64,000 nt of DNA from Candidatus Oxydemutatoraceae bacterium. GTDB lineage: Bacteria > Pseudomonadota > Gammaproteobacteria > Poriferisulfidales > Oxydemutatoraceae. The position numbers and the translations under genes were made by a program. The notes under the pieces were generated by a model. That model did no database searches. It was not told where the DNA came from and saw only the letters and a program-made list of their open reading frames with translations. Location: the NCBI GenBank assembly GCA_965220085.1, contig CBDCOZ010000003.1, positions 1,504,001 to 1,568,000 of the forward strand, given 5' to 3'. This document shows positions 50,748 through 63,676 of the stretch, one piece after another (positions within the stretch are counted from its first letter, which is position 1; each line of letters opens with the position of its first letter).

Positions 50748-51929
50748 TCACGACTCTTTCGTCGCCGCAACCTGCTTCATGCCGAGCGCGTAGAAAAACC
50801 AGACGAATAGCAGCGATAAGGTGAATAAGGCAATCCAATCCGCGCCAAAATACTCAATGACAGCCCCCGCTCCCATAGCGCCGGAGAACACCCCGATAAA
50901 CTGTGCGGTCGAAAAGACGCCCATCGCGCTGCCCTTTCCGCGTTCATCACACAGGCGGGTGACCAATGCCGGCAGATTCGCTTCCAGATAATTAAACCCG
51001 ATAAAGAATAGCGTTGCGCCGGCGACAAACCATGCCATGTTCTCCGACTGCGGCCACAGCGCTTGTCCGGCTATGATCAATACGAGAGACAAAAGAAACA
51101 TCTGTTTGACCAGCGATTTCTTTTCGCCAAGGAATAACATCGGCAACATCAGCAGAAACGACGCGCCCAACACAAACAGATAAAAAAGCCAATGCTGCTC
51201 GCTTGCCAGTTGCAAGCGCCCGACTAACATCTTCGGCAGGATCATGAAGTTTGCCGCCACCACCGCGTGCAGAAAAAAGGCGCCGACATAGAGCCTGACC
51301 AGCTCGGCGGAGGCCACCGCCAGACGGGAGTCGGGACGGGTGCGGCGCGCCGGGTCGCGAGGCGCATACGGTATGCCGATACCGACCAACCCGATCGCGA
51401 TCGCGCCGCATACCGACGTAAGAACAAAGAGGCCGGACATGCCGATAGCGGCATGCAACAACGGCGCGAAGATCAGCGACAAGATGAACGCCATCGCGAC
51501 CCCTATCCCGATTACGGCCATCATCTTGGAACGCTGCGCCGCGCGGCTCAGGTCCGCGGCCAATGCGGCCAATGTGGATGAAATCGCTCCGGCGCCTTGC
51601 AATGCCCGCCCGGCAATGACCTGATAAATGGACTCCGCCGATGCGGCGATGACGCCGCCGATGCAGAACACCAGCAGGCCGCCGATGATGACAGGTTTGC
51701 GGCCGAAGCGATCCGACAAATTGCCCAAGGGCAGTTGGAAAACCGCCTGCGTCAGGCCATAAATTCCCACTGCCAAGCCTATCAATACCGCAGTCGCTCC
51801 CGCATATTCGCCGCTATACAAAGAAAATACCGGCAATATAATAAATAGGCCGAGCATACGCACCCCGTATACTATGGCCAATATGGCTGCTGCGCGTCTT
51901 TCGGCGCCGGTCATCGTTGATTCTGACAT
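50748..51929 (-). CDS. MFS transporter (YajR-like)
   Basis: LSDRFGRKP; conserved uvrA-MFS-ssb synteny. Confidence 0.88.
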   Translation of the reverse strand: MSESTMTGAERRAAAILAIVYGVRMLGLFIILPVFSLYSGEYAGATAVLIGLAVGIYGLTQAVFQLPLGNLSDRFGRKPVIIGGLLVFCIGGVIAASAESIYQVIAGRALQGAGAISSTLAALAADLSRAAQRSKMMAVIGIGVAMAFILSLIFAPLLHAAIGMSGLFVLTSVCGAIAIGLVGIGIPYAPRDPARRTRPDSRLAVASAELVRLYVGAFFLHAVVAANFMILPKMLVGRLQLASEQHWLFYLFVLGASFLLMLPMLFLGEKKSLVKQMFLLSLVLIIAGQALWPQSENMAWFVAGATLFFIGFNYLEANLPALVTRLCDERGKGSAMGVFSTAQFIGVFSGAMGAGAVIEYFGADWIALFTLSLLFVWFFYALGMKQVAATKES

Positions 51930-52026
51930 GTCGATTGAAACCTTCGGTCGGTATGCAAATAAATATGCGATAAAAGGGTCGGTTTGGTTTAGTATATCTG
52001 TTTAACCCAACGGCGGCAATATAGCG

Positions 52027-54837
52027 ATGATAAAAATAAAAGGCGCTAGAACGCATAACCTGAAGAATATAGACCTTGAACTTCCCCATGACAAGCTCAT
52101 TGTCATCACCGGGATTTCCGGATCGGGCAAATCATCGCTCGCATTTGACACCTTGTTTGCCGAAGGCCAACGCCGTTATGTGGAATCGCTGTCGGCCTAT
52201 GCCCGACAATTTCTGACACGCATGGAAAAACCGGACGCCGATTTGATCGAGGGGTTGTCGCCAGCAATCTCCATCGACCAAAAGACAACCTCGCACAATC
52301 CGCGCTCCACCGTCGGGACGATTACAGAAATACACGACTACTTGCGCTTGCTCTATGCGCGCATCGGGGTGCCGCATTGCCCCGAGCACGCCGAACCGCT
52401 CGCCGCCGATACGATCGATCAGATGGTCGAGCGCCTGATGGCGATGTCGGAACAAAGGCTGATGATACTCGCCCCGATCGTGCGCGAGCGCAAAGGCGAA
52501 TATACGCGCCTGTTTGACAAGATCAGATCGGAAGGCTTCTTGCGCGCGCGCATCGACGGGGAGTTGTATGAGATAGACGATACCCCGAAACTGAGTCTGC
52601 GCCGCAAACACACGATCGAGGTCGTGGTGGACAGGCTCAAGATCAAACCCGGCATGGAGTCGCGGTTGGCGGAATCGCTTGAAACGGCATTGCGACTGAC
52701 CGACGGTATCGCGCATGCGCAACCGATGGACGATGACCGCCCGCATCTGGTACTGTCGGAAAAGTTTGCCTGTCCCTTGTGCGGTTATACATTGGACGAA
52801 CTGGAACCGCGCCTGTTCTCGTTCAACAGCCCGGCAGGGGCCTGCGAAGCCTGCGAGGGGCTCGGAGAAATTGAATACTTTGATGTCGACAAAATCGTCA
52901 ACCCCTCGCTGACCTTGCTCACCGGGGCGATAGACGGTCGCGATAAACACAATGCGCAATACCTCGCCGCTATGAACTCGCTGGCCAAACACTACGGCTT
53001 TGCGCTCGATGTCCCGTTCAAGAAGTTACCGCTTGCAATCCGCGATATCATTCTCTATGGCAGCGATGACGAGGAAATTGATTTTGACTATCGCACCGCG
53101 GGCGGGCGAAAATTCGCGCGCCGCCATAGTTACAAAGGTATCATTCCGGCGCTGGAAGACAGCTACGAGAACACCCATTCGGAACAAGTCAGAATGCACC
53201 TGCGGCGGTTTCTGTCATTGCAGGATTGCCCGCAGTGCGACGGCGCCCGCCTCAATGTGTCCGCTCGCAATGTTTTTATTAACGAGACCTCCCTGCCGCA
53301 AGCAGCGGCGATGTCGACCGAGCAAGCGCTGGATTTTTTCCGACACTTAAAATTGGACAAACAGCAAACCGAGATAGCGACAAAAATTCTGGAGGAAATA
53401 AAACACCGCCTGAATTTTCTGATCAATGTCGGGCTTGATTACCTGACGCTCAACCGCAGCGCCGGCACCCTGTCCGGCGGCGAAGCGCAACGCATTCGCC
53501 TCGCAAGCCAAATCGGTTCCGGGCTGGTCGGGGTGATGTACATCCTTGACGAACCGTCGATAGGCCTCCACCAGCGCGATAACCGACGCTTGTTGGATAC
53601 TCTGTTTGATCTGCGCAAGCTGGGCAATACCGTCATCGTGGTCGAGCACGACGAAGAGGCCATTCGTCACGCCGATTATATTGTCGACATCGGCCCGGGC
53701 GCGGGCAGACACGGCGGCGAGGTCGTCGCTTGCGGCGGCATACGTCAAATTGAGAGCAACAAAAACTCTCTGACCGGACAGTACCTGTCGCGCAAGCTGC
53801 GCATCGCGGTGCCCAAGGAAAGAACCGCATACCGGCGCAACAACCACATCGTCATAGAAAAGGCGTCGGGCAATAACCTCAAAGATATAAGCGCGCGCAT
53901 CCCGCTCGGCCTGTTTGTCTGTGTGACCGGTGTCTCCGGCTCCGGCAAATCTACGCTGGTCAATGAAACCTTGCACAAACAACTGGCGAATATGTTGCAC
54001 CGCAGCAACCTCAACTGCGCGCCGTGCAAGTCTGTCAAGAATTTGGAAAAAGTAGACAAGGTCGCAGACATCGACCAAAGCCCTATCGGCAGAACGCCGC
54101 GTTCCAATCCCGCGACCTATGTCGGTGTGTTCACGCCAATCAGAGAGTTATTCGCCCAAACCCAAGAAGCGCGGGCGCGCGGTTATACCCCCGGTCGCTT
54201 TAGTTTTAATGTCAAAGGCGGACGCTGCGAGGCGTGCCAAGGCGCCGGTGTGAAGCGGGTTGAGATGCACTTTCTGCCCGATATTTATGTCAGTTGCGAC
54301 GTCTGCAAGGGCAAGCGGTATAACCGGGAGACCTTGGATATTGGCTATAAGGATAAGAATATTCAGGAAGCATTGAACATGACGATAGAGGAAGCGCACA
54401 GCTTTTTCAGCGCTGTCCCCGTCATCCGTTCCAAGTTGCAAACCTTGGTCGATGTCGGTTTGTCCTACCTGACACTCGGTCAAAACTCTACTTTGCTATC
54501 CGGCGGCGAAGCACAGCGGGTGAAACTGGCGCGCGAGTTGTCAAAACGGAATACCGGAAAAACACTCTATATACTGGACGAGCCGACGACCGGTTTGCAC
54601 TTTCACGACGTGCATCAATTATTAAAAGTGTTGCACGACCTGCGCGACAAAGGCAATACCATCGTCGTGGTCGAACACAATATGGATGTCATCAAAACCG
54701 CGGATTGGATCATCGACCTCGGACCCGAAGGCGGGGAAAACGGCGGCGAAGTGGTAGCCGTCGGCACGCCCGAGGAGGTCGCCAAGAATCGCAACTCGTG
54801 GACCGGTCGCTATCTGAAACCTTATCTGGAGGAATGA
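52027..54837 (+). CDS. uvrA: Excinuclease ABC subunit A
   Basis: Two ABC domains with GSGKS and LSGGEAQR; zinc fingers. Confidence 0.97.
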   Translation: MIKIKGARTHNLKNIDLELPHDKLIVITGISGSGKSSLAFDTLFAEGQRRYVESLSAYARQFLTRMEKPDADLIEGLSPAISIDQKTTSHNPRSTVGTITEIHDYLRLLYARIGVPHCPEHAEPLAADTIDQMVERLMAMSEQRLMILAPIVRERKGEYTRLFDKIRSEGFLRARIDGELYEIDDTPKLSLRRKHTIEVVVDRLKIKPGMESRLAESLETALRLTDGIAHAQPMDDDRPHLVLSEKFACPLCGYTLDELEPRLFSFNSPAGACEACEGLGEIEYFDVDKIVNPSLTLLTGAIDGRDKHNAQYLAAMNSLAKHYGFALDVPFKKLPLAIRDIILYGSDDEEIDFDYRTAGGRKFARRHSYKGIIPALEDSYENTHSEQVRMHLRRFLSLQDCPQCDGARLNVSARNVFINETSLPQAAAMSTEQALDFFRHLKLDKQQTEIATKILEEIKHRLNFLINVGLDYLTLNRSAGTLSGGEAQRIRLASQIGSGLVGVMYILDEPSIGLHQRDNRRLLDTLFDLRKLGNTVIVVEHDEEAIRHADYIVDIGPGAGRHGGEVVACGGIRQIESNKNSLTGQYLSRKLRIAVPKERTAYRRNNHIVIEKASGNNLKDISARIPLGLFVCVTGVSGSGKSTLVNETLHKQLANMLHRSNLNCAPCKSVKNLEKVDKVADIDQSPIGRTPRSNPATYVGVFTPIRELFAQTQEARARGYTPGRFSFNVKGGRCEACQGAGVKRVEMHFLPDIYVSCDVCKGKRYNRETLDIGYKDKNIQEALNMTIEEAHSFFSAVPVIRSKLQTLVDVGLSYLTLGQNSTLLSGGEAQRVKLARELSKRNTGKTLYILDEPTTGLHFHDVHQLLKVLHDLRDKGNTIVVVEHNMDVIKTADWIIDLGPEGGENGGEVVAVGTPEEVAKNRNSWTGRYLKPYLEE

Positions 54838-54873
54838 GAGACCGTATATCCGCAGCGCAAAACACGCTCTGCG

Positions 54874-54904
54874 GTGAAATAATATTGTCATAATAAACTG
54901 GCAT
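54874..54904 (+). promoter_or_regulatory. Possible Pho box upstream of pstS
   Basis: GTGAAAT-AATA-TTGTCAT then CTGGCAT half-sites resembling CTGTCAT; the last spacing is non-canonical. Confidence 0.35.
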
Positions 54905-54946
54905 AGTACGCGCTTCCAAATCTTTATTCTTTTGAGGAGAAATACA

Positions 54947-55999
54947 ATGCAAAAGTTCATACACAGCGCTTGTTATGCAAGCCTTGGTTTGCTGATAATC
55001 GCCGCGAGTCATGCCGTCGCCAGAGAACAGATAAACATCGTGGGTTCTTCCACCGTTTATCCTTTCTCGACGGTTGTTGCCGAGCAGTTCGGGAAGAGGA
55101 CGCGCTTCAAAACCCCGAAAGTCGAGTCTACCGGATCCGGCGGCGGTCTGAAGCTCTTTTGCGAGGGGGTCGGAGAGAATACTCCGGATATTGCAAACGC
55201 ATCCCGGCGCATCAAGCAAAAAGAGATAGACAAGTGTCATCAGAACGGTGTCACCGATATCATTGAGACAAAATTTGGTTACGACGGCATCGTCGTGGCA
55301 AATGCAAAAACGTCTCCGAAAATCAGCCTCAGTCTGAAGCAGATATTTCTGGCCTTGGCCAAAGAGGTACCGGCCCCGAACGGAGCGGAAGCGTTTGTCG
55401 CCAACCCTTATGAAAAATGGAGCGATATGGATGCAAGCCTCCCCGATACCGCCATTGCGGTGTATGGTCCGCCGCCGACTTCGGGCACTCGCGACGCTTT
55501 CGTTGAGATTGCGCTGGAAGGCGGATGCAAGAAATTCGCATGGATTAAAGCCATCAAAAAGACCGATAAAAGAAAGTACAAAGAGCATTGCCATACGATC
55601 AGAGAGGACGGCGCCTATATTGAGGCGAGCGAAAACGACAATCTGATCGTGCATAAGCTCAAAGCCAACCCGAACTCATTCGGTATTTTTGGCTATAGTT
55701 TTCTCGACCAAAATACGGACTCCGTCAAGGGCGCCGAGGTAGAAGGCGTTGCGCCCGAATTTGAAGCCATCGTTGACGGCAGCTATCCGATATCCAGAGC
55801 CTTATATTTCTACGCCAAAAAGGCGCATATCGGACTCATTCCGGGGATCAAAGAATACCTGCAAGAGTTTGTCAGCGACAGGGCTTCGGGCGACAGCGGC
55901 TATCTCCTCGACAAAGGAATGATTCCTTTGTCAGAAGACGGTCGGCGGAAACAAAAAGAGATGGTTCGCTCTCTGGCTATCGTTCCGGCAAAGATATAA
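54947..55999 (+). CDS. pstS: Phosphate ABC transporter substrate-binding protein
   Basis: Signal peptide, GSSTVYPF, STGSGGG, SGTRD. Confidence 0.88.
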   Translation: MQKFIHSACYASLGLLIIAASHAVAREQINIVGSSTVYPFSTVVAEQFGKRTRFKTPKVESTGSGGGLKLFCEGVGENTPDIANASRRIKQKEIDKCHQNGVTDIIETKFGYDGIVVANAKTSPKISLSLKQIFLALAKEVPAPNGAEAFVANPYEKWSDMDASLPDTAIAVYGPPPTSGTRDAFVEIALEGGCKKFAWIKAIKKTDKRKYKEHCHTIREDGAYIEASENDNLIVHKLKANPNSFGIFGYSFLDQNTDSVKGAEVEGVAPEFEAIVDGSYPISRALYFYAKKAHIGLIPGIKEYLQEFVSDRASGDSGYLLDKGMIPLSEDGRRKQKEMVRSLAIVPAKI

Positions 56000-56029
56000 G
56001 ACTCGGGATCGCCGATCCCGCAACAGGCG

Positions 56030-56431
56030 TCAGTCCCGGCTCGTAGCCGTTGCCTCGGCATCGGCTTCGGGCTTGGGACGACCGACCAGACCGACCCACG
56101 CCAGCGGGGCATTATCGCCTTTGCGAAATCCGTGCTTCAGTATGCGCAGGTAGCCGCCCGGGCGATTCTTGTAGTGCGGCCCGAGATCGGCAAAAAGTTT
56201 ATGCACCGCAGACCTGTCGCGCAACTTTGAAAAGGCGCGGCGGCGCGAAGCGACGCTATCGTTGGCAGCCAGCGTGATGAGGGGTTCGACGACTCCCCGC
56301 AAGCGTTTGGCGCGTGTCAGCGTGGTCACGATCTCCTCGTGTTCGATCAAAGAGACTGTCATATTGGAGAACATCGCGCGCCGATGGCTCGGCGCACAAT
56401 TGAGTTGTCTTTTGTCTTTGCGATGCCTCAT
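56030..56431 (-). CDS. rplQ: 50S ribosomal protein L17
   Basis: MRHRK..., RPGGYLRI. Confidence 0.96.
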   Translation of the reverse strand: MRHRKDKRQLNCAPSHRRAMFSNMTVSLIEHEEIVTTLTRAKRLRGVVEPLITLAANDSVASRRRAFSKLRDRSAVHKLFADLGPHYKNRPGGYLRILKHGFRKGDNAPLAWVGLVGRPKPEADAEATATSRD

Positions 56432-57450
56432 TTGAGCAACCTGTGGCTGTGCATCCCCGGCGACGGCGGCGGCAGATCGACCGGCGGCCAGTTTTCAATC
56501 TGCATATTGAGCGCAAGCTCGTGAACCGCCAGCACATCCTTTATCTCGGTCAATGATTTGCGCCCCAAATTAGGCGTCGTCAGCAGCTCTTTTTCCGAGC
56601 ACTGTACCAGATCGCCGATGTAATATATCTTTTCCGCCTTCAGACAGTTTGCCGCTCTGACGGTGAGTTCCAGATCATCAATCGGCCGCCGCAAAATTGA
56701 CTTGAACGGCGCTTTGCCTTTTTCTTCGGCGACAAAATTCACCTGATCAAAATTAACGAACACGCTCAACTGCGAATAGAGCAAGGTCGCGCCCTGCTTA
56801 ATCAAATCCTCGGCGCTCACCGTTCCGTTCGTCTGAATATTCAAAACCAGTTTGTCCAAGTCGGTGCGGTCGCCGACGCGCGTGCTCTCCACTTCGTACG
56901 ACACCTGCCTGACCGGGCTGTAACTGGCATCCAGCAACAAACTGTCGGCGCTCAAGAGCCGGGTGCCCGAGATTTTGTCCCTCATGGAGACCGGCTTATA
57001 TCCGAACCCGCGACGGATGCCCAGCATCATGTTTAATCCGCTCTTGTCATCCAGATGCGCAATCACATAATCTTTGTTGACGATTTCCACATCGCCATCG
57101 CATTGGATATCGCCGGCGGTTACCACGCCGCCGCCGCGCTTGTTAATTTTTGCAATCGACTGCTCTTTGTCGCGCAACACGATAGCCACGCCTTTGAGGT
57201 TTAGCAATATATCTATCACGTCTTCGCGGATGCCTTCAAGAGCGGTATATTCGTACTGCACGCCTTCAATAGCGACTTCCACGATGGCCGCGCCGGGAAT
57301 AGAAGACAGCAGAACGCGCCGCATCGCATTGCCGATGGTATGCCCGAAGCCGCGCTCCAAGGGTTGCAATACCACTTCCATGTGCGTATCGGACAGGTTT
57401 TGTACGTCTGTCAGTTTTGGTTTTAACAAATTATCTGTATAGGTGCCCAC
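56428..57450 (-). CDS. rpoA: RNA polymerase alpha subunit
   Basis: [21 protein letters not shown]. Confidence 0.97.
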   Translation of the reverse strand: MGTYTDNLLKPKLTDVQNLSDTHMEVVLQPLERGFGHTIGNAMRRVLLSSIPGAAIVEVAIEGVQYEYTALEGIREDVIDILLNLKGVAIVLRDKEQSIAKINKRGGGVVTAGDIQCDGDVEIVNKDYVIAHLDDKSGLNMMLGIRRGFGYKPVSMRDKISGTRLLSADSLLLDASYSPVRQVSYEVESTRVGDRTDLDKLVLNIQTNGTVSAEDLIKQGATLLYSQLSVFVNFDQVNFVAEEKGKAPFKSILRRPIDDLELTVRAANCLKAEKIYYIGDLVQCSEKELLTTPNLGRKSLTEIKDVLAVHELALNMQIENWPPVDLPPPSPGMHSHRLLK

Positions 57451-57476
57451 TTTTGCTCTGCCTCCGATTACAAGTA

Positions 57477-58100
57477 TTACTTAGAGTACAACTCAACGAC
57501 GAGAGACTCATTTATTTCCTGGGGTAGTTCCGACCGCTCGGGATAAGCTTTCAGTTCCCCCTTCAGCGCTTTTGAATCCACGCTGACCCATTCGGGGAAT
57601 CCGATTTCCTCGGCAATTTTTACGGCATCCTGGATGCGCGATTGGCTGCCGGCTTTTGCGCTCACCGAGATGATATTCGACACTTTGACTTGATACGAAG
57701 GAATGTTAACCGTGTTGCCGTTCACTCGGATGGCCTTGTGCGAAACAAGTTGGCGACACTCGGCGCGGGTTGCGCCGAAGCCCATGCGATACACGACATT
57801 ATCCAAACGCGCTTCCAACATCGTCAATAAATTCTCGCCGGTCGAACCGCGCATCGCGGCGGCTTTCTTGTAGTAGTTTCTGAATTGACGCTCCAGAACC
57901 CCGTATGTTTTCTTCAGTTTCTGCTTCTCACGCAACTGCAAGCCGTAATCCGACAGACGCACGCGGCGATCGCCGTGTTGTCCCGGCATCTTGGTCATAT
58001 TGCATTTGTCGTCCAGGTTTCTGATGCCGCGGCCTTTCAGCGCCAGGTCGGTGCCTTCGCGGCGACTCAGTTTGCAAGTTGGACCTCTGTATCTTGCCAT
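57477..58100 (-). CDS. rpsD: 30S ribosomal protein S4
   Basis: [21 protein letters not shown]. Confidence 0.97.
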   Translation of the reverse strand: MARYRGPTCKLSRREGTDLALKGRGIRNLDDKCNMTKMPGQHGDRRVRLSDYGLQLREKQKLKKTYGVLERQFRNYYKKAAAMRGSTGENLLTMLEARLDNVVYRMGFGATRAECRQLVSHKAIRVNGNTVNIPSYQVKVSNIISVSAKAGSQSRIQDAVKIAEEIGFPEWVSVDSKALKGELKAYPERSELPQEINESLVVELYSK

Positions 58101-58105
58101 CGTAA

Positions 58106-58495
58106 TTAAATCCTGCGGCGCTTGGGCGGACGACAACCGTTGTGCGGCAAAGGCGTCACATCATGAATGCTGACAATCTTGAAACCGGCGGCGTGCAGCG
58201 CGCGGATAGCCGAATCGCGCCCCGGGCCGGGCCCTTTGACATGGATAGTCAGCGCCTCGACCCCGTGCTCCTGCGCTTTTTGACCGGCCTGACGCGCCGC
58301 CATCTGTGCCGCAAAAGAAGTGCTTTTGCGCGAGCCTTTGAAGCCGACCATGCCCGAACTCGCCCAGCATATCGCCCTGCCCTGCAAATCGGCGATGGTC
58401 ACCAATGTATTATTAAAAGACGAACTGATGTGAGCGACGCCGTGGCTCACATTTCGTTTTGCTTTCTTCCTTGCGGAACCTTCTTTCTTTGCCAT
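58106..58495 (-). CDS. rpsK: 30S ribosomal protein S11
   Basis: [18 protein letters not shown]. Confidence 0.97.
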   Translation of the reverse strand: MAKKEGSARKKAKRNVSHGVAHISSSFNNTLVTIADLQGRAICWASSGMVGFKGSRKSTSFAAQMAARQAGQKAQEHGVEALTIHVKGPGPGRDSAIRALHAAGFKIVSIHDVTPLPHNGCRPPKRRRI

Positions 58496-58497
58496 GA

Positions 58498-58857
58498 TTA
58501 TTTCTTCGTTAATCTGCGCACGGGCCCTTTGCGCGTGCGCGAGTTCGTTCGCGTCCTCTGGCCCCTGACCGGCAAACCGCGACGATGACGCACACCGCGG
58601 TAACAATTCAAATCCCTCAGGCGTTTGATATTGAGATTGATCTCACGGCGGAGATCGCCCTCGACGGTAAAATTATTAATCTCGTTGCGTATTTTTTCCA
58701 AATCGGCTTCGGAGAACGCCCCCATTTTTGCGCTTGCATCAACGCCCGCGGCGGCGCATATTTTGCGGGCGGCAGAGCGACCGATACCGTAGACTGCGGT
58801 CAGGGCGACCTCAGCGCACTTGTGATCGGAAATATTGATGCCTACGATTCTTGCCAT
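58498..58857 (-). CDS. rpsM: 30S ribosomal protein S13
   Basis: [12 protein letters not shown]. Confidence 0.97.
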   Translation of the reverse strand: MARIVGINISDHKCAEVALTAVYGIGRSAARKICAAAGVDASAKMGAFSEADLEKIRNEINNFTVEGDLRREINLNIKRLRDLNCYRGVRHRRGLPVRGQRTRTNSRTRKGPVRRLTKK

Positions 58858-58930
58858 GTATATTAAAAGCCCGCTATTATAACTTCTTTGCGCAATAAAT
58901 GCATATCCGCTTTCGTAACAAAACGACCCA

Positions 58931-59044
58931 TTAGCCCTGCCGTTGCTTGTGACGGGGATTTTTGCAGATAATCCTGACCACCCCTTTGCGCCGCACCAGC
59001 TTGCAATGCCGACATATTCTCTTTACCGATGCCTTGACTTTCAT
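58931..59044 (-). CDS. rpmJ: 50S ribosomal protein L36
   Basis: [14 protein letters not shown]...HKQRQG. Confidence 0.95.
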   Translation of the reverse strand: MKVKASVKRICRHCKLVRRKGVVRIICKNPRHKQRQG

Positions 59045-59046
59045 TT

Positions 59047-60372
59047 TTAGCGCCTCTTGCCGCCCTTCAGGTTGGCTTTTTTCATCAGGCCTTCGTATCT
59101 GTTGGACAGCAGTTGGGTCTGCACTTGGGACATGAAATCCATCACCACAACGACGATAATCAACAGCGATGTGCCGCCAAAATAGAAAGGCACATTCCAC
59201 GAAAGAATCAGGAACTCCGGCAACAAGCAAACCAAGGTGATGTATATCGCGCCCATCACGGTCAGACGACTCAACACATTGTCAATGTAACTCGCCGTCT
59301 TCTCTCCGGGCCGAATACCCGGAATGAAAGCGCCGCCTCTTTTCAAATTGTCCGCGGTATCCCTCGCATCGAATACGATCGCGGTGTAGAAAAAGCAAAA
59401 GAATACGATCGCAAGCGCATAAAACCCGATATACAAAGGTTGCCCCGGCGACAGCGCATTGGACATTTGATTCAGCCAGCCCATTCCTTCGGCGCGACCG
59501 AACCACTGTCCCAGTGTCGCCGGAAACAAAATGATGCTCGATGCAAAGATAGGCGGAATGACACCCGCCATATTCAATTTAAGCGGCAGGTAGCTGGACG
59601 GCGCCGCATACATCTTATTGCCCTGCTGCCTTCTCGCGTAGTTGATGACCAGTCGGCGGTGTCCTTTCTCGGCAAACACCACAAAACTGGTGACCGCTAC
59701 CGCGAGGAACAGTATCAGCAGAACCAAAGGCGGCGACAATTCCCCGGTATTGGCCAATTCAAGCGTCCCCCCGGCGGCCGCCGGAAGCCCCGCGACAATA
59801 CCGGTAAATATGATGATCGATATGCCGTTGCCTATCCCGTGTTCGTTGATCTGCTCGCCCAGCCACATCAGAAACATCGTTCCGGTGACAAGCGATATGG
59901 CGACGATAAAGACAAAGCTGCCGCCCGCTATATACGCCACATTCTGGCTTTGCAGCGCGATCGCCACGCCGATCGCCTGAAACGTCGCCAACACGAGGGT
60001 GCCGTAACGGGTGTACTTTGAAATGACGCGCCGCCCTTGCTCGCCTTCCTTCTTCAACTCTTTCATGGAGGGAATAATCGCCGTCATCAATTGCATGATA
60101 ATTGCCGATGAAATATACGGCATCACGCCGAGGGCAAAAAGACTCAGGCGTTCAAGCGCGCCGCCCGAGAACATGTTGAACATCGCGAGTATCGTACCGC
60201 TCTGTTGTTCAAAAAACTGCGCCATCAATACCGGATCAATGCCCGGCACCGGAATGAAACTGCCGATCCGGAAAATGACCATGACCATGAGCACAAAGAG
60301 GATACGTTTCCTCAGTTCGCTCATATTTCCCGCAGTCGAAAGATGGGAAACGCCCGAAGCCACCGCAGCCAT
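59047..60372 (-). CDS. secY: Preprotein translocase SecY
   Basis: [22 protein letters not shown]. Confidence 0.97.
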   Translation of the reverse strand: MAAVASGVSHLSTAGNMSELRKRILFVLMVMVIFRIGSFIPVPGIDPVLMAQFFEQQSGTILAMFNMFSGGALERLSLFALGVMPYISSAIIMQLMTAIIPSMKELKKEGEQGRRVISKYTRYGTLVLATFQAIGVAIALQSQNVAYIAGGSFVFIVAISLVTGTMFLMWLGEQINEHGIGNGISIIIFTGIVAGLPAAAGGTLELANTGELSPPLVLLILFLAVAVTSFVVFAEKGHRRLVINYARRQQGNKMYAAPSSYLPLKLNMAGVIPPIFASSIILFPATLGQWFGRAEGMGWLNQMSNALSPGQPLYIGFYALAIVFFCFFYTAIVFDARDTADNLKRGGAFIPGIRPGEKTASYIDNVLSRLTVMGAIYITLVCLLPEFLILSWNVPFYFGGTSLLIIVVVVMDFMSQVQTQLLSNRYEGLMKKANLKGGKRR

Positions 60373-60818
60373 TACTCTACCTTGCCCCCCGCGGCTTCAA
60401 TCGCTTTGCGCGCGCCGCTGCTGGCGGAACACTGACGCACCGTAATCGGGCGATTCACCTCGCCCGACAGGATCAACTTCGCTTTGCGTGTCGCCATCGG
60501 CACGACTCCGGCCTCTTTCAATACATTCAAATCAACCGCATCCGCGCCCAGCTTTGCGAGTTCGCCGAGCCGCACTTCGGCGGTCAAATCCTTTTTCCGC
60601 GAGCGAAAGCCGATCTTGGGCAAGCGCCGGTTGATCGGCATCTGTCCGCCTTCAAAATTCACCTTGTGGTAGCCCCCGGAGCGCGACTTTTGACCTTTGT
60701 AGCCGCGGCCGCAAGTGGTGCCGTGTCCGCTGCCGTTACCGCGCCCGACACGCCGCGCGACACGGCGACTGCCCGCGGCGGGCTTTAACATATTGAGTTT
60801 TAGCCGTTCTTCAGACAC
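60372..60818 (-). CDS. rplO: 50S ribosomal protein L15
   Basis: GRGNGSG, FEGGQMP. Confidence 0.96.
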   Translation of the reverse strand: MSEERLKLNMLKPAAGSRRVARRVGRGNGSGHGTTCGRGYKGQKSRSGGYHKVNFEGGQMPINRRLPKIGFRSRKKDLTAEVRLGELAKLGADAVDLNVLKEAGVVPMATRKAKLILSGEVNRPITVRQCSASSGARKAIEAAGGKVE

Positions 60819-60999
60819 CTTCTTCGACCTTTAGCATATAGTTAATTTTGTTAATCATGCCCCGATTCTCCGGAGTATCCGTGACGTAAGACACATGATT
60901 CATGCGCCGCAACCCCAGCCCTCTCGCACAACAACGGTGCTTTTCAAGCCGACCGTTCATACTTTTGATTAAAGTTAACTTAAGACGTTTTTCTGCCAT
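60811..60999 (-). CDS. rpmD: 50S ribosomal protein L30
   Basis: [14 protein letters not shown]. Confidence 0.95.
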   Translation of the reverse strand: MAEKRLKLTLIKSMNGRLEKHRCCARGLGLRRMNHVSYVTDTPENRGMINKINYMLKVEEGV

Positions 61000-61502
61000 T
61001 GCAAAATTTCCTCTGTGCTTTTGTTACGTCTGGCGGCCACCTTCTCTGGTGTCTGCATCGCCGTCAAACCGTTGATCGTCGCCCGTACCACATTCAGCGG
61101 GTTTCTGGACCCGATACATTTGGTCAATACATTATGTACGCCCAATACTTCAAAAACCGCGCGCATCGCGCTTCCGGCGATGACGCCCGTGCCCTCGGAG
61201 GCCGGCGACATATACACCTTGGCGGCGCCGTGACGGCCGATGATCGAATGATACAACGTACCGTCATTGATCGGTATCTCCACCATTTGTCTGCGCGCAA
61301 CCTGCATCGCTTTCTGAATCGCTGTCGGCACTTCCTTGGCTTTCCCATAACCCATGCCGACCTTGCCGACACCGTCGCCGACAACCGTCAAAGCCGTGAA
61401 ACCGAATTGGCGCCCGCCTTTGACCACTTTGGCCACCCGATTGACCGCTACCAGTTTTTCCAATAAACCGTCTGTTAATTCCGCTGTTTCTATATTGGAC
61501 AT
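60975..61502 (-). CDS. rpsE: 30S ribosomal protein S5
   Basis: [10 protein letters not shown]. Confidence 0.96.
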   Translation of the reverse strand: MSNIETAELTDGLLEKLVAVNRVAKVVKGGRQFGFTALTVVGDGVGKVGMGYGKAKEVPTAIQKAMQVARRQMVEIPINDGTLYHSIIGRHGAAKVYMSPASEGTGVIAGSAMRAVFEVLGVHNVLTKCIGSRNPLNVVRATINGLTAMQTPEKVAARRNKSTEEILQWQKNVLS

Positions 61503-61516
61503 ACTCTCCCTCGCCT

Positions 61517-61858
61517 TTATATTCTAAGCCCTGCTTCGCGCGCCGCTTCGGCTAACGCCTTGATCCGACCATGGTAAGGAAACCCGGAGCGATCGAACGC
61601 CGCTTGCTCTACCTGCTTGGCCTTGGCTCTCTCGGCAATCGCCTTCCCGACCAAGACCGCGGAGGCGCTTTTATTCGCTCCGACCAAGCTTTTCTCCAGC
61701 GTAGAAGCATTCGCCAGTGTGACCATGCCGTCCGCCGATATCAACTGCGCATAGATGTGCCGCGCCGTTTTATTGACGCACAAGCGGTGTTTGCCGGTAC
61801 GCTTGATTCTATGCCGAGTCTTGCGACTTCTTCTTAACCTTTGTTCTTTCGTATTCAT
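61517..61858 (-). CDS. rplR: 50S ribosomal protein L18
   Basis: [11 protein letters not shown]. Confidence 0.96.
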   Translation of the reverse strand: MNTKEQRLRRSRKTRHRIKRTGKHRLCVNKTARHIYAQLISADGMVTLANASTLEKSLVGANKSASAVLVGKAIAERAKAKQVEQAAFDRSGFPYHGRIKALAEAAREAGLRI

Positions 61859-61864
61859 AGTTTG

Positions 61865-62392
61865 TTATTTCTTCTTCGCTTCCTTGCGGATAATCTGTTC
61901 GCCCGCATAGCGCACGCCCTTTCCCTTGTACGGTTCCGGCGGGCGAAAAGCGCGAATCTCAGCGGCGGTCTGCGCCACCATCTGCTTGTTGACCCCGCTG
62001 ACAACCACTTCCGTCTGACTCGGCGTCTCCGCCTTGATGCCTTCGCGCACCTTGTAATCTATCGGATGCGAAAACCCGAGTTGCAAATTCAAAGTCTCGC
62101 CTTTGGCTTGCGCCCGATAACCGACGCCGACCAACTCCAGCCGTTTCTCAAATCCGTCGCTGACACCGATCATCAGGTTGTTCACCAGCGACCGCATCGT
62201 TCCCGCCAGCGGCATCGCTTGCGCCTCGGCCGGTTCAAACCGAATCTTGTCACCGTCGCGCTCAAACGCAACCGACGCATGCACCGTCACGCTGTCGCTG
62301 CCTTTGGCGCCTTTGGCCGAGATTGTCCGACCGCTGATTTGCACCTCAACGGAGCTCGGCACCACAACCGGATTTTTAGCAATCTTTGACAT
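61865..62392 (-). CDS. rplF: 50S ribosomal protein L6
   Basis: PEPYKGKG. Confidence 0.96.
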   Translation of the reverse strand: MSKIAKNPVVVPSSVEVQISGRTISAKGAKGSDSVTVHASVAFERDGDKIRFEPAEAQAMPLAGTMRSLVNNLMIGVSDGFEKRLELVGVGYRAQAKGETLNLQLGFSHPIDYKVREGIKAETPSQTEVVVSGVNKQMVAQTAAEIRAFRPPEPYKGKGVRYAGEQIIRKEAKKK

Positions 62393-62398
62393 GACACA

Positions 62399-62794
62399 TC
62401 ACTCTACTATGCAGACCACCTCGCCGCCTTGCCCTAATTGTCGGGCTTCCCTGTCGCTCATGACCCCTTTGGAAGTCGAAACGATAACCGTGCCGAAACC
62501 GTTCATCACGACCGGCAACTCTTTTGCTTTGCGATACACCCTGAGCCCGGGCACACTGACGCGGCGGATGGTCAGTATCGCCGGTTTCCCTTCGTGATAA
62601 CGCAGGACGCATGTAATATTCTTGAAGCCGTCTTCCTCCCCGACGCGATAACTTTCTATATAGCCTTCTTCGCGCAACACTTTTGCAATCGCTTGTTTCA
62701 TATTGGAGAACGGAATGGCGACAGATTCCTTGCCCGCGCGTTGCGCGTTCCTGATTCTCGTCAGCATATCGGCTATGGGATCGCTCATACTCAT
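62399..62794 (-). CDS. rpsH: 30S ribosomal protein S8
   Basis: [13 protein letters not shown]. Confidence 0.97.
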   Translation of the reverse strand: MSMSDPIADMLTRIRNAQRAGKESVAIPFSNMKQAIAKVLREEGYIESYRVGEEDGFKNITCVLRYHEGKPAILTIRRVSVPGLRVYRKAKELPVVMNGFGTVIVSTSKGVMSDREARQLGQGGEVVCIVE

Positions 62795-62809
62795 GATATC
62801 GTCGCTCCT

Positions 62810-63115
62810 TTACCAACTCGACTTCACCAAGCCCGGAATATCTCCGGCCATCGCGTACTCGCGCAACTTGTTTCTGCCAAGACCAAATTTCCGGTAGTAG
62901 CCTTTGCCGCGTCCGGTCAAAGCGCAACGGTTGCGCAAGCGACACGGGCTTGCGTTGCGCGGCAACTTCTTCAGATTCTCTATCGCCTCCTCAACCTGCT
63001 CCGGGGCGGAAGCGGCGCTCTTGATAATCGCCTTCAGTTCCGTACGACGCTTCTGCCATCTCATGACGACCCGCTGCCGTTTCTTATTTCTTTCAATTAC
63101 GCTGACTTTTGCCAT
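62810..63115 (-). CDS. rpsN: 30S ribosomal protein S14 (long form)
   Basis: RNRCALTGR, PGLVKSSW. Confidence 0.96.
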   Translation of the reverse strand: MAKVSVIERNKKRQRVVMRWQKRRTELKAIIKSAASAPEQVEEAIENLKKLPRNASPCRLRNRCALTGRGKGYYRKFGLGRNKLREYAMAGDIPGLVKSSW

Positions 63116-63128
63116 TCTCTTGTCTCCG

Positions 63129-63674
63129 TCAATTCTTAAAAGGAAAGTTGAAAGCTGCGATCAACTCTCTGGCCGCATCATCGGAGTTCGCGCTCGTCAC
63201 GACCGTAATGTCCAGCCCGTATAACTTGTTGACTTTGTCATAATCGATCTCGGGGAATATGATTTGCTCCTTGATACCGATACTCAAGTTGCCCATGCCG
63301 TCAAAAGACCTGACACTAAACCCGCGGAAATCTCTTATGCGCGGAATAGCGACTTGGATAAGCCGCTCAAAAAATTCATACATCCGCTCGCCGCGCAGGG
63401 TCACTTTGCACCCGAGCGGCCAACCTTCGCGGATATTAAAACCGGCGATAGACTTATGCGCCCTCGTCACGCTCGGCTGCTGCCCGGCGATCAGCGCGAG
63501 CTCTTTGAGGGCGGATTGCAAAATATTCTTATCCCGGGCATCCGCTCCCAAACCGATATTGATCACGATTTTCTTAAGCCGCGGCGCTTGCATCGGGTTC
63601 TTGAGCCGCAGTTTGTTCATCAACTCGCCGACCATCGTCTCCTTATATGCCTGTTTTAATTGCGTCGCCATCAC
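63129..63674 (-). CDS. rplE: 50S ribosomal protein L5
   Basis: [16 protein letters not shown]. Confidence 0.97.
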   Translation of the reverse strand: MMATQLKQAYKETMVGELMNKLRLKNPMQAPRLKKIVINIGLGADARDKNILQSALKELALIAGQQPSVTRAHKSIAGFNIREGWPLGCKVTLRGERMYEFFERLIQVAIPRIRDFRGFSVRSFDGMGNLSIGIKEQIIFPEIDYDKVNKLYGLDITVVTSANSDDAARELIAAFNFPFKN

Positions 63675-63676
63675 AC

